Shown here piece by piece: positions 47,610 to 57,621 of a stretch of DNA of 64,000 bases. The notes beneath the pieces are model-generated. The model did no database searches, had not been told where the DNA came from, and worked only from the letters and a program-made list of their open reading frames with translations. Where the stretch lies: the NCBI GenBank assembly GCA_963780225.1, contig CAWAAX010000011.1, positions 32,001 to 96,000 on the forward strand, read 5' to 3'. Every line of letters begins with the position of its first letter. Position 1 is the stretch's first letter. The stretch comes from an uncultured bacterium (GTDB lineage: Bacteria; Edwardsbacteria; AC1; EtOH8). A program made the position numbers and the translations under genes.

Positions 47610-47643
47610 AATGCCTTCTCGCAATATGCGGGAAGGCATTTTT
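47610..47643 (+). terminator. Intrinsic terminator
   Basis: AATGCCTTCTCGCA-ATA-TGCGGGAAGGCATT followed by a T-run. Confidence 0.7.
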
Positions 47644-47664
47644 ATTTAAATATGTTTTTAGTTG

Positions 47665-47693
47665 TTGACATTACACTTAAAATGTGTTAATTT
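47665..47693 (+). promoter_or_regulatory. Putative sigma70 promoter
   Basis: TTGACA-17 nt-TAATTT in the AT-rich region upstream of 47836. Confidence 0.5.
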
Positions 47694-47835
47694 TATTTGA
47701 TTATAACCTGTTTGTTCTAAAAGGGTTTGCAACAATTAAATACCACTTTTAATGAGACTTTGGTCTGTGATACTTCTAACTTAAAAATAATAATTATATT
47801 TATCCCTTCATAAATTTGGACGGGGAGGTATTTTC

Positions 47836-49503
47836 ATGAAAAGAAAATTATTTCTATCCTTGTCACTGGGACTGGCGGCTTCGATTGCCGTGGCCACCCA
47901 GCTCCCCTTATTGGGTGGTCCGGGGCTTGTGCACCTGCAGTCGGCCAAGGCGGGACCAGTGATCGGTTACCGCAGTCTGGCCGCCATATCCTCATATTAC
48001 AACCAGACCTTCTACGGCCTGCAGGGAACGGATGACGAATTTACCGATCTCTGGAATTACAATTCCATAAGCTATTCGCCGCTGCCAGGGCTGGCGGTGC
48101 TCGGCAACGGACTGATCCACGCCGAACAATGGACGGTCTACAGCCAGGCCGCACCCGCGCAAACCATCGATAAATCGCTGGGCTGCCCCGGCGACGCAAT
48201 AGTGGCCCTTAAATACCAGTGGGACTTGCAAAAAGGCCGTTGGGACCTGGGGCTGATGCCCATGGTCACCATACCCATGAGCCGCACCAAATACCAGGAC
48301 TCTCCATCGCAAAGCGGCAAGCTGGATTTTGGGGGAAAGATTTTGACTGATTTCAATTACACCAATCTGACGGTTTTAGTGAACGCCGGATTTTTAACCC
48401 GGGGCGAGGAACGCCCTCAGTTGCCCCTGGGCTTGGGGTTAGAGTACGGCTTCAGCCCAAAATTCTCGGCCTTTCTTGAAGCCTCGGCCGAACTGCGGAT
48501 GGGCGCCCAAAAAGATTCTTTGACCGACGACCAGATTTTAAGAGGACGGGGGGCCGACCGCAATGAGATCCGGGTCACTCCGGGGTTGCGCTTTGCCCCG
48601 GCCTCATTTTTGGGATTGAACCTGGCCTGTGATATAGGACTAAGCCGAGCCACGGCTCCTTGGCTGGTCGTCATCGGTCTCGATTTTCCGGCGGCGGCAG
48701 GCAGATTACTGTTGACTCCGCTGTGGGAAGCGGTGGCCGGCATTATTAAGGACAATTCTTCCGGGGCGCCCATCAAGGGCATCATCTCCTTCCCCGGCCA
48801 GGACATACCAGCCATCAGCAGTGATGCTTCCGGTAACTACCGGCTCCAGCTAAAGTCAGGGCATTACAAGGTGCAGGTTAAGGCCGATGGTTACCGCACC
48901 ATCACCCGGGAGATGGAAGTAAAGACCGGACAGGATACCGGTTGGGAATTAGGTCTCAACAAAAAACTGGGGCAGTTGACTCTTATGGTTACCGATGCCT
49001 CCGGAAAAATACCCCTGCGGGCTTCGCTGTCTTTTGGCAGCGGCTCCCAGCAGCCCTACAGCACTGATCCGGTTTCGGGCCAATACCAGGCCCGGCTGGT
49101 TCCTGGAAATTATACCTTGACGGTAGGCGCTCCCGGCTATATCTCCCAAAATGTAACCCTGGCCATCAATGATAAGGAAGATTTACAACAGAACGTTTCG
49201 CTGCAGCCGCTGGTTCTGGCGCCGGTTCCGCCCATGCCGGTGACCCCGTCAGTAATCTCCGCTCAAGCCAAACCGAAACCTGCAGCGGCCAAACCCGCGA
49301 AGGCAACTGTCCCGGCCGCTCCCAAAATGTCGGCCGAAGAAGTTACTGCGCTTTACAAAAAGGGGGTTCAGCAATTCATGAACGAAGAATATGCCCCGGC
49401 CGAAAAAACTTTTAAGCAGGTCCTAGCCGCAGATCCCGGACACGCCAAGGCCAAGGACTATCTAGGCAAGACCAGGGACCGCCTGAAAAAGGCAAAGGGA
49501 TGA
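47836..49503 (+). CDS. Outer-membrane protein: barrel-like N-domain, two carboxypeptidase-regulatory-like domains, Pro/Ala linker, C-terminal TPR (paralog 1)
   Basis: Signal peptide; G.IKD...G.P....I...G.Y...L..G.Y.V...A.GY repeats; LYKKGVQQF....Y..A...F.QVL..DP TPR. Confidence 0.7.
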   Translation: MKRKLFLSLSLGLAASIAVATQLPLLGGPGLVHLQSAKAGPVIGYRSLAAISSYYNQTFYGLQGTDDEFTDLWNYNSISYSPLPGLAVLGNGLIHAEQWTVYSQAAPAQTIDKSLGCPGDAIVALKYQWDLQKGRWDLGLMPMVTIPMSRTKYQDSPSQSGKLDFGGKILTDFNYTNLTVLVNAGFLTRGEERPQLPLGLGLEYGFSPKFSAFLEASAELRMGAQKDSLTDDQILRGRGADRNEIRVTPGLRFAPASFLGLNLACDIGLSRATAPWLVVIGLDFPAAAGRLLLTPLWEAVAGIIKDNSSGAPIKGIISFPGQDIPAISSDASGNYRLQLKSGHYKVQVKADGYRTITREMEVKTGQDTGWELGLNKKLGQLTLMVTDASGKIPLRASLSFGSGSQQPYSTDPVSGQYQARLVPGNYTLTVGAPGYISQNVTLAINDKEDLQQNVSLQPLVLAPVPPMPVTPSVISAQAKPKPAAAKPAKATVPAAPKMSAEEVTALYKKGVQQFMNEEYAPAEKTFKQVLAADPGHAKAKDYLGKTRDRLKKAKG

Positions 49504-49597
49504 TCCATCCCTATCCCTGGGGTCAGCAGGCTCCCGATCCATCGATAGATTTCCCGAAACGTCCCGTAACCCAAGGATACAAACATTTGGGGGATAC

Positions 49598-51313
49598 ATG
49601 AAAAGGCAATTAATTTTACTGGCTCTGCTGTTTTTATGGGCCGCTCTGGCCGGAGCCGCCCGTTACCCGCTCTTCGGGGGTCCGGGACTGATCCATCTGC
49701 AGTCGGCCAAGACCGGGATCGGATATGGCGGGCGCAGCCTGGCGGCTATGACCTCCTACTCCGGACAGAACTACTACGGCCTTTCCGGGTATCAGGATTC
49801 TTTTCTTGACGCCTGGAGTTTTAACACCCTGTATTATGTGCCGGTAAAGAACCTTTCCCTGATGGCGGCCGGAGTGGGCCATGCCGAACAATGGACGGTA
49901 GCGGTGCAGGATAGTGCTGTGGCGGATAAGAGCCTGGGCTGCCCCGGCGATGCGGTGGTGGCTGTAAAATACTGCCTGTCTCTGTTGGAGGGAAAAATGG
50001 ACCTGGGCTTTATGCCCACCCTGTCCATTCCAATGAACAAGGAGCAATACCAGGACGGACCTTCCCAGACCGGCAAATTGGACATCGGAGCTAAGGTCCT
50101 GACCGACATCAATCTTAACCAAACTACTGTGTTCATCAACGCCGGATACCTGTCACGGGGAGAAGAGAGACCCCAGCTGCCCTTCGGGGCCGGAGCTGAA
50201 TATTCCTTCAGGGAAAATTTTTCGGCCTTCCTGGAAACCTCTGGCGAGTACCGGCTGGGAGCCCAAAAAGACTCCACCCCTGATGACCTGGTCTTACGGG
50301 GCCGGGGGGCAGACCGAACCGAATTGAGGGTAACGCCCGGCCTTAGGTATTCCCCCCTGCCTTTCTTGGGCCTTAATCTAGCCTGCGACATCGGGCTGAC
50401 CAAGGCCGCCGCTCCCTGGCAGTTGATATTGGGTTTTGATTTTCCGGCAGCCGCCGGCAAAGCCATCTCCGGACCGGTCGGCGGCGCGGTGGCCGGCCTG
50501 ATCAAGGACCGCGAGACCGGCGTTCCCATGAAGGGCATGATCACCTTCCCCGGCTCCGATCTGCCGGGGCTGGTCAGCAACGAGGCTGGAGATTACCAGG
50601 CCAAGCTGCCTCCGGGCGAGTACAAGGTTCACATCTACGCCAACGGCTACCGCTGGCTGGAGCGCAAGATAAATGTCAAGGAAGGCAAGGTTGAGAAATG
50701 GGACCTGACCCTTAAGCGGAAGACCGCCGGCTTCAAGGGCAAGGTAGTGGACCGGGCCTCGGGCCAGCCTTTGCCGGCCACCGTTTCCTTTAACAGCAGC
50801 CGGGCCGGTGATGTCAGCGTCGATCCCACCACCGGACAGTTCGGCACGGTGGTTCCTCCGGGGAAATATAAAATATCGGTAAACCTGGAGGGGTACCGGA
50901 GCTTTGAAGAAGAATTGACCCTCAAGGACAAGGCCGAGACCGAGCGCCAGATAACGCTGGAGAAAGAGATAGTGGCGGCGGCCATGCCTCCGGCTCCTGT
51001 CTCCGGCAAAAAGACCAAAACGCCGTCGGCTCAGCCTCCAGCTCTGGTTGCCTACCAACCTCCGGCTCCCGCTGCTCCCGCGGTCCCGGCGAAGGAAAAG
51101 CCAAAATCCGCCGCCAAACCGGCTCCCAAACCGTCCAAGATGTCTGCCGAGGAAGTGACCGCGCTCTATAAAAAAGGCGTTCAACAGTTTATGAACGAGG
51201 AATACTCTGCGGCCGAAAAGACCTTCAAACAAGTGCTGGTAGCTGATCCCGGCCATGCCAAGGCCAAGGAATATCTGAGCAAGACCCGGGACCGTTTAAA
51301 AAAGAGTAAGTAG
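49598..51313 (+). CDS. Outer-membrane protein, paralog 2 of 47836-49503
   Basis: Co-linear similarity (GGPGL.HLQSAK, DKSLGCPGDA, RGEERPQLP, RGRGADR, LNLACDIGL) and a nearly identical C-terminal TPR. Confidence 0.72.
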   Translation: MKRQLILLALLFLWAALAGAARYPLFGGPGLIHLQSAKTGIGYGGRSLAAMTSYSGQNYYGLSGYQDSFLDAWSFNTLYYVPVKNLSLMAAGVGHAEQWTVAVQDSAVADKSLGCPGDAVVAVKYCLSLLEGKMDLGFMPTLSIPMNKEQYQDGPSQTGKLDIGAKVLTDINLNQTTVFINAGYLSRGEERPQLPFGAGAEYSFRENFSAFLETSGEYRLGAQKDSTPDDLVLRGRGADRTELRVTPGLRYSPLPFLGLNLACDIGLTKAAAPWQLILGFDFPAAAGKAISGPVGGAVAGLIKDRETGVPMKGMITFPGSDLPGLVSNEAGDYQAKLPPGEYKVHIYANGYRWLERKINVKEGKVEKWDLTLKRKTAGFKGKVVDRASGQPLPATVSFNSSRAGDVSVDPTTGQFGTVVPPGKYKISVNLEGYRSFEEELTLKDKAETERQITLEKEIVAAAMPPAPVSGKKTKTPSAQPPALVAYQPPAPAAPAVPAKEKPKSAAKPAPKPSKMSAEEVTALYKKGVQQFMNEEYSAAEKTFKQVLVADPGHAKAKEYLSKTRDRLKKSK

Positions 51314-51434
51314 CCTTAAACTTTTACATTCTATGCAATCCGCATGGGATAATTTGAACCGCGAAGACGCCAAGGCCTCCAAGGATAATTTAACTTCTCT
51401 ATTTGACCTTGCGTTTTTCTGATTAGGTGGAACA

Positions 51435-51905
51435 ATGAACAAATCATTTCTAACCGGACTTCTTTGGGCCGCTCTGACACTTTTGGCCGGCAATGTTCTT
51501 GCTCAGCAGGCCGACTTTAAGAAGGACAATTTTTACCTGGGTCAAAACCAGCAGCTGGAGATCGAGATCCATGTCTGGGGCGAGGTCAACACCCCAGGAG
51601 TCTACCGGGTTCCGGACGGCTCCACCGTGCTGGATGTGATCTCCAAGGCCGGCGGGCCGACTCAATATGCGGCTTTGGGCCGGGTCAAGATCTCGCACGC
51701 CCTGGGGCAGACGCCCCGCACCGAAAAAATTAATCTGGATAAGTACCTGAACAATGAACGGGCTGAGACCCTGATCGTGATGCGGCCCGGAGATGCGGTG
51801 ATGGTGCCCCGCAACGCCCGCTTTTTCTGGAAGGACGCGATCTCTTTTGTGGCAGATATGGCGGTCATCGCCAACGTCTACTATCTTATTTCCCGGAACC
51901 GCTAA
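51435..51905 (+). CDS. Short SLBB-domain polysaccharide export (OPX-like) protein
   Basis: Signal peptide; IHVWGEVNTPGVY...VLDVISKAGG, PGDAVMVP; hydrophobic C-terminal helix. Confidence 0.8.
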   Translation: MNKSFLTGLLWAALTLLAGNVLAQQADFKKDNFYLGQNQQLEIEIHVWGEVNTPGVYRVPDGSTVLDVISKAGGPTQYAALGRVKISHALGQTPRTEKINLDKYLNNERAETLIVMRPGDAVMVPRNARFFWKDAISFVADMAVIANVYYLISRNR

Positions 51906-52013
51906 GCGGGCAACCGGTGGCAGAAGCGGATCGATTTTTCCGGCCGAAGCGGAACATGTCTCCGTGTTTAGCGTCCCAAAGATACCTGCCTTTTCGCTAA
52001 TTTTTTAACGCCT

Positions 52014-54278
52014 TTGATGAGGGTCATGCATTTGAATCAAGATGTAAAAACCAGGACCAGCGAGTCCAATATTTATGAGCTGATAGACCTGCTATGGCGG
52101 CGGCGGTTACTGATAATCTCCTGTCTGTTGGGAGTGGTGTTGCCCATCGCCCTGGCGAATTTTACCATGCCTCCGGTCTATGAGGCCCAGACCACCATCA
52201 TCTTTGAGCAAAGTCGTGATCCGCTGCCGGCATTTGATATCTCCGAGGCCTTCTCCCGCAAAAGCTACATTGTTAATCAGATAGAAGAGATAAAGTCCCG
52301 CACCCTGGCCGAGGAAGTGGTCCGGCTTTTGGACCCGGAATATGCCTTGTTACTGCTGCGGGGAAGGGACCATGGCCTGAGCCCCGAGCGGCAAAACTAC
52401 CGGCTGACCCAGATCATCAAAAAAAGCATCACCGCCGAACCCATCCGGGATTCCGACGTGATCTTGGTGAAAGTACAGGGCCCCACCCCGGAAGCAGCCT
52501 CTAACATAGCCAATCTGGTAGCTGAGGTCATCAAGGAACGCAGCGCTTCCGTCAAGCGGGAACAGGCCTCCTCCACCCGCAAATTCATTGAGGCCCAGCT
52601 GCCCTCGGTGGAGGCCACCCTCAACAAAGCCGAGGAAGCCATAAAAAATTTCAAATCCCAGAACCAGGTGGTCTCGCTTTCCGACGAAGGCAAGGAAATT
52701 TTGTCCCGGGCCACCGAGGCCGACAAACAGCTGATCACGGCCTCCACTGAACGCCAGAGCATCGAGGGCCGGCTGACCGCCATCTACGGCCAGCTGCGGG
52801 CCCAAGGGGCTTTGACCGAAAACAGCCTGCCCCTGAGCGCCGGTTCCATGGCCGACAGCCTGCGCAGCAGCCTGGTAAATCTGCAGATGGAGATAATCAA
52901 ACTGCAGGTCAAGGGCTATTCCCCCGACCATCCCCAGATCAAGAACCTCAATGCCCAGATCGCCAATGTCAAGTCCCGGCTGCTGGAGGAACTGCAGAAG
53001 ATCACCCAGAAGAACCGGCTTTCGCCGATGCCGCAGATCCAGTCGCTGCTGGACCAGATCCCGCCGCTGGAGATCCAACGGGCAACAATGACGGCCCGGG
53101 AAACAGCATTAAAGACCATCCTGTCGCAATATGATTTTGGCCTTTCCAAACTTCCCAACAAGGAATTACAGCTGGCCCGTTTGCTACGGGCCAAGGAAGT
53201 AGGCGAAAGCGTTTACCGCCTGCTGCTAGTGAAGCACGAGGAGGCCAAGATCACCGAGGCTGGAAAGATCGGCAACGTCCGGGTGATAGATCAGGCCCAG
53301 CCGCCCCAATTCCCCATCAAGCCCCGCAAGGTGCTGAATTTCGCCATCGGCCTGGTGGTGGGGATCACGCTGGGTGTGGGGCTGTCATTCTTTTTGGATT
53401 CCCTTGATAATTCGGTGAAAACGGTGGAGGACATCGAGCATAACTTTGAACTGCCGGTGCTGGGATTGATCCCTGCTATTCATTCCGAGAACGGGAAAAG
53501 CCATCGCAAAAACGGAGGAGACGAGGTGGCCCGGATCTCGGCCACCCTGGTGACCAAATACACTCCGCGTTCCCATGTCTCGGAGGCTTACCGCTCGTTG
53601 CGAACCAACATCCAGTTCTCCCGGATAGACGATCCCTTGAAAACTGTGGTCGTATCCTCGGCCGCACCCTCGGAAGGCAAATCGACCTCGGCCGCCAACC
53701 TGGCCATCACCACCGCCCTGTCCGGCATCCGCACCCTGCTGGTGGACGCCGATCTGAGAAGACCGGTGATTCACTCGCTTTTCGGGCTGGAACGGGAACC
53801 GGGATTAAGCAACCTGCTGGCCGAACGGCTGCCGTTGGAGAAAGTAGTCCGGCCTTCTGGAATCGAGAATCTTTCCATTTTGACCTGCGGGGCCATCCCG
53901 CCTAACCCCTCGGAACTGCTGGGCTCACAGAGAATGCGCGACCTGATCAAGCTGCTGAGCCAGCAATTTGACCTGGTGCTGTTCGACAGCCCGCCGGTGA
54001 TCACCGTCACCGACACCGCAGTCTTAAGCCCCCAGGTGGACGGGCTGGTGCTGGTGGTCAAGTCTCACGCTACCGACAAACGGGCGTTATTGCGAGCCAA
54101 GACAATCCTGACCAACCTCAAGGCCAATATTTTGGGCGTGGTGCTCAATAAAATAGAGCTTTCCGGCCTGGCCGGCAGTTACGATTATTACTACCACTAC
54201 AATTATTACTACACCGATGACGGCTCCAAGAAGAAACGGGACCGGCAGCATAAATGGTGGAATGTTTTGAAAAGTTGA
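52014..54278 (+). CDS. wzc: Polysaccharide co-polymerase/BY tyrosine kinase (Wzc/GumC family)
   Basis: Two TM segments flanking a coiled coil; EAYRSLRTN, PSEGKST, DADLRRP, PPNPSELL, FDSPP; Tyr cluster YDYYYHYNYYY. Confidence 0.92.
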   Translation: MMRVMHLNQDVKTRTSESNIYELIDLLWRRRLLIISCLLGVVLPIALANFTMPPVYEAQTTIIFEQSRDPLPAFDISEAFSRKSYIVNQIEEIKSRTLAEEVVRLLDPEYALLLLRGRDHGLSPERQNYRLTQIIKKSITAEPIRDSDVILVKVQGPTPEAASNIANLVAEVIKERSASVKREQASSTRKFIEAQLPSVEATLNKAEEAIKNFKSQNQVVSLSDEGKEILSRATEADKQLITASTERQSIEGRLTAIYGQLRAQGALTENSLPLSAGSMADSLRSSLVNLQMEIIKLQVKGYSPDHPQIKNLNAQIANVKSRLLEELQKITQKNRLSPMPQIQSLLDQIPPLEIQRATMTARETALKTILSQYDFGLSKLPNKELQLARLLRAKEVGESVYRLLLVKHEEAKITEAGKIGNVRVIDQAQPPQFPIKPRKVLNFAIGLVVGITLGVGLSFFLDSLDNSVKTVEDIEHNFELPVLGLIPAIHSENGKSHRKNGGDEVARISATLVTKYTPRSHVSEAYRSLRTNIQFSRIDDPLKTVVVSSAAPSEGKSTSAANLAITTALSGIRTLLVDADLRRPVIHSLFGLEREPGLSNLLAERLPLEKVVRPSGIENLSILTCGAIPPNPSELLGSQRMRDLIKLLSQQFDLVLFDSPPVITVTDTAVLSPQVDGLVLVVKSHATDKRALLRAKTILTNLKANILGVVLNKIELSGLAGSYDYYYHYNYYYTDDGSKKKRDRQHKWWNVLKS

Positions 54279-54288
54279 GATATAGACC

Positions 54289-54326
54289 AAAACCCCCGGC
54301 GTTTCATATAAACGCCGGGGGTTTTT
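54289..54326. terminator. Bidirectional intrinsic terminator
   Basis: AAAACCCCCGGCGTTT-CATAT-AAACGCCGGGGGTTTT. Confidence 0.85.
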
Positions 54327-54364
54327 AATCATTTTTAACTTCGGTGCCTCACACCTTCGATATT

Positions 54365-55536
54365 TCAGACCTTCCGAATAGTCTCCTTGACCGCAATCCC
54401 ACGTTTCTTGAAATCCCTGATGAACAGCACCGGGTCAATGGACCTCTCCAGCGGCACCGCGCCTCTGGGCGCCAGCCCCTGCACCAGAGTGATGAGCCAC
54501 GATGGCCGCCGGGAACCCGGTGGTCCGCTCCATGGCGGTGAACCCGGTCCGGTCGTCCTGGAAGTCAATGATGTCTATTTTGGCCTCCACTTTTTTGCCC
54601 TTCAGCTTTCCCAGGGCCGTTACCCGCAGTACTATCAGGTCCTTGTCCTTGGGGAAGTCTATAGCCTTGGTGATCAAGGCATGGCTTAAGCGGCGGGGTA
54701 TGACCTTCTGGCCCTTGACCTCCAGCGGGACCTGGTCGAAGAAGCCCAGCTCCAGCAGAGTCTTGATCTTCTGGTGGTGCCCCGGGTAACGCACCGTCTT
54801 GTAGTCATACTCCTTTACCTTGCCGGCGAAGGTCCAGGGCGCGGTGGAAGTGCCGCCGCTGGTGACGAAGGCCTCGCACCTGCCCACCGGCTTGGGGAAC
54901 TCTATGGCCTCCAGCCCGTCAAAGGTCGGGACCTTGGCCACCTTGCCGTTCCTGACGATGTAGGCATCGCCGAAATATTCGTTGATCAGGCCTTCCACCG
55001 AGAACACTAATTTGTAGTTCAGCGGTCCCTTGGGTTTTTGGGGCAGCCCTCCGCAGCGCATGTGGATCTCGTCCACCTTGTCCAATTTGTTGATGAAGTA
55101 GGCGGCCAGGGTGTTGCCCATGCCCGGCATCAGCCCGGTGTCCGGCACGATGGTAATGCCCTTGGCCTTGGCCTTGGCTGTGAAGCGACAGCTCTTTCAA
55201 CACCACATCAGTGTTGCCGCCCAGGTCACAGAAATTGGCTCCGGCCTCCACCGCGGCCTTGGCCACCCCATAATTGTAATGGTAAGGCACAGCGCTGACC
55301 ACGCAGTCGGCCCCGGCGAAGAGTTTTTTGAGCGCTGCCGGATTCCCAGCGTCGGCCTTGACCGCCTTGGAAATCCCTGATTTTACTAGCCTGTTGACCC
55401 TGGCCGCCCCGGTTTGGGCCAGTTTCAGGTCGTAGTCGGCCAATATGACCGACTTGGCCTGGCAGAATTTTGCCAGGTCGTAGGCTATGGCCACACCTTG
55501 GCGACCAGCCCCTAAGACGATATATTTGTATTTCAT
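54365..55536 (-). pseudogene. Saccharopine dehydrogenase/lysine 6-dehydrogenase family, split by two +1 frameshifts (pseudogene or sequence error)
   Basis: GAGRQG...SAVPY...CDLGG (54919-55536), PDTGLMPG...GGLPQ.P..PLNY...YKTVRYPGH...TAMERTTGFP (54435-55148), LVQGLAPRGAVPLE (54365-54568). Extra bases near 55179 and 54489. Confidence 0.82.
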
Positions 55537-55589
55537 ATTTTAATTATACCCCAAGAGCCGTAATTTGTCAAAATTTATTTTTGTTTTGG

Positions 55590-55618
55590 TTGCATAATTT
55601 GCCCCGGCCATATATAAT
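55590..55618 (+). promoter_or_regulatory. Putative sigma70 promoter
   Basis: TTGCAT-17 nt-TATAAT. Confidence 0.6.
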
Positions 55619-55800
55619 TAACCTGTCATACTGAGACTGACACCCTGGACGCCAAACCGAAGAATGATGCCTGATTCATCCCTCAAATTATCAGGCCTAT
55701 GTTTATCCGGGATGACATGTCCCTGATGTCATCCTGGACCAAGCGCCCTGATCGGCAATCCGAAGACTCTCTCTGGTTCTTAATTCCTAAACGAAACATC

Positions 55801-56190
55801 ATGCTGAACAACCTCCGACAAAAGGCGGAAGACCTTAAAAAAGAGACCTATGCCCTGTTCCTGGCCTACCGGGACCCCAGGGTTCCCTGGTACGCCAAGG
55901 CGGTGGCGGCGGCCACCGTGGCCTACGCCGTCAGCCCCATTGACCTGATCCCGGATTTCATCCCGGTGCTGGGCTTGTTGGACGACCTGGTGCTGGTGCC
56001 TTTGGGGATTACCCTTGCGGTCAGGCTCATTCCGGCAGAGATAATGGCGGAATGCCGGCAGAAAGCCCATCAGAAATTACAGGGAACAGGTTCGCTGGGC
56101 CGCAAAGCGGCGATTGTGGTGGTGCTGATCTGGCTGCTGGGTCTGGCGTTGTTGGTATGGATGATCCTTAAAGCGATGGGAAAGCATTGA
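55801..56190 (+). CDS. YkvA/DUF1232 family membrane protein
   Basis: DPRVPWYAK, YAVSPIDLIPDFIPVLGLLDD. Confidence 0.9.
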   Translation: MLNNLRQKAEDLKKETYALFLAYRDPRVPWYAKAVAAATVAYAVSPIDLIPDFIPVLGLLDDLVLVPLGITLAVRLIPAEIMAECRQKAHQKLQGTGSLGRKAAIVVVLIWLLGLALLVWMILKAMGKH

Positions 56191-56678
56191 TGCTGACGGT
56201 TCCAAAGATAACAAAGCTTTTAAAGCTCCAGCCCCTGCCCCAGGAAGGCGGGCTTTACCGGGAGACCTACCGTTCGGCCTTGAAAGTGGTCCGCGGGCCC
56301 GGGACCAAACGCAATATAGGAACCTCAATTTACTATCTGATAACGCCGGATAGATTTTCGGCCATGCACCTGGTTTGCTCCGATGAGATCTTTCACTTTT
56401 ATATTGGCGATCCGGTGGAAATGCTGATGTTGTACCCCGGCGGCAGGTCCAGGATAGTGATCCTGGGGCCGGATATCGAAAAAGGCCAGCATCCTCAGTT
56501 CCTGGTTCCCAAGAATGTCTGGCAGGGCTCGCGGTTGCTGAACGCCGGAAGATTTGCCCTGCTGGGCACCACTGTTTTCCCGGGCTTCGATTTCGCCGAT
56601 TACCGGCAGGGCCGCCGGAAAGAACTATTGAAACTGTATCCTGGACAAAAAGACCTGATAACAAAATTAACAGTTTGA
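56187..56678 (+). CDS. Cupin_5 (DUF985) family protein
   Basis: L.LQP.PQEGGLYRETYRS, TSIYYL, FSAMH...SDEIFHFY.GDP, PGFDF.D. Confidence 0.88.
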   Translation: MMLTVPKITKLLKLQPLPQEGGLYRETYRSALKVVRGPGTKRNIGTSIYYLITPDRFSAMHLVCSDEIFHFYIGDPVEMLMLYPGGRSRIVILGPDIEKGQHPQFLVPKNVWQGSRLLNAGRFALLGTTVFPGFDFADYRQGRRKELLKLYPGQKDLITKLTV

Positions 56679-56685
56679 TCACATC

Positions 56686-57486
56686 ATGTTCAAAAACCTG
56701 AGCATCCCCGTTAAACGGCTGTATCTCCAGATAGCCGCCGTCATCGTCACCAACAGCTATTTTTTGGCGCCTTATCTGAAATACCTGCCCTGCCCGTCGT
56801 TGAACTGCTACGCCTGCCCTGCGGCCAGTTTCGCCTGTCCCATCGGGAGCCTGCAGCACTTCGTGATCATCGGGGTCTTTCCCTTCTTTTTGCTGGGGAT
56901 ACTGTTCCTGGTGGGAGGTCTGGCCGGGCGTTGGGCCTGCGGTTATTTGTGCCCCTTTGGCCTGTTCCAGGACCTGCTGGCCAAAATAAGACGGGCCAAG
57001 CTGGCCATGCCATCCTGGCTGGGCTGGGGACGGTATGTTTCGCTGATAGGAGTAGCGATAATAATCCCGGCCATAACCAAGGAACCCTGGTTCAGCAAGC
57101 TCTGCCCGGCCGGCACGCTGGAGGCGGGGATACCGATAGTAGGCTGGGCCTTCTTCAAGACCAAGGCGCTGGGGCAGTATTCAACCATTCTAGGAATGAC
57201 CGGCTGGCTGTTTTGGATCAAGGTCGTTCTGCTGGCCGGGACCATCGCGGCCGCCATTTACATCAAGCGCCCCTTCTGCCGGTTCATCTGCCCGCTGGGA
57301 GCCATCTTTGGGCTGTTCAACCGGGTGTCCCTGCTGCAGATCAAGGTGAACCATCACGCTCCGCACCTGCCGGCCGACTGCCGCAAACTTTGCCCGGTGG
57401 ACATTGATATCAGAAAGGACCCGGTCTCGGCCAAGTGCATCCGGTGCATGCAATGCACCAAGTGCCCGGGAGTAACGCGGAAATAA
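56686..57486 (+). CDS. Membrane 4Fe-4S binding protein (NapH/MauN-like)
   Basis: CPSLNCYACP, GRWACGYLCPFG, CPAGT, RPFCRFICPLG, CIRCMQC. Confidence 0.85.
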   Translation: MFKNLSIPVKRLYLQIAAVIVTNSYFLAPYLKYLPCPSLNCYACPAASFACPIGSLQHFVIIGVFPFFLLGILFLVGGLAGRWACGYLCPFGLFQDLLAKIRRAKLAMPSWLGWGRYVSLIGVAIIIPAITKEPWFSKLCPAGTLEAGIPIVGWAFFKTKALGQYSTILGMTGWLFWIKVVLLAGTIAAAIYIKRPFCRFICPLGAIFGLFNRVSLLQIKVNHHAPHLPADCRKLCPVDIDIRKDPVSAKCIRCMQCTKCPGVTRK

Positions 57487-57500
57487 CAGGAGGAGACAAG

Positions 57501-57534
57501 AAAAGCCCGAAGGATTTTGTCCTTCGGGCTTTTT
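57501..57534 (+). terminator. Intrinsic terminator
   Basis: AAAAGCCCGAAGGA-TTTTG-TCCTTCGGGCTTTT. Confidence 0.85.
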
Positions 57535-57621
57535 AATTTAATATTAAATGACTATTTACCTTGCTCGGGAAAAGTAGAGATAAAATAATGGGGCTGTTAA
57601 AAACGTAGGACTATTATCATC

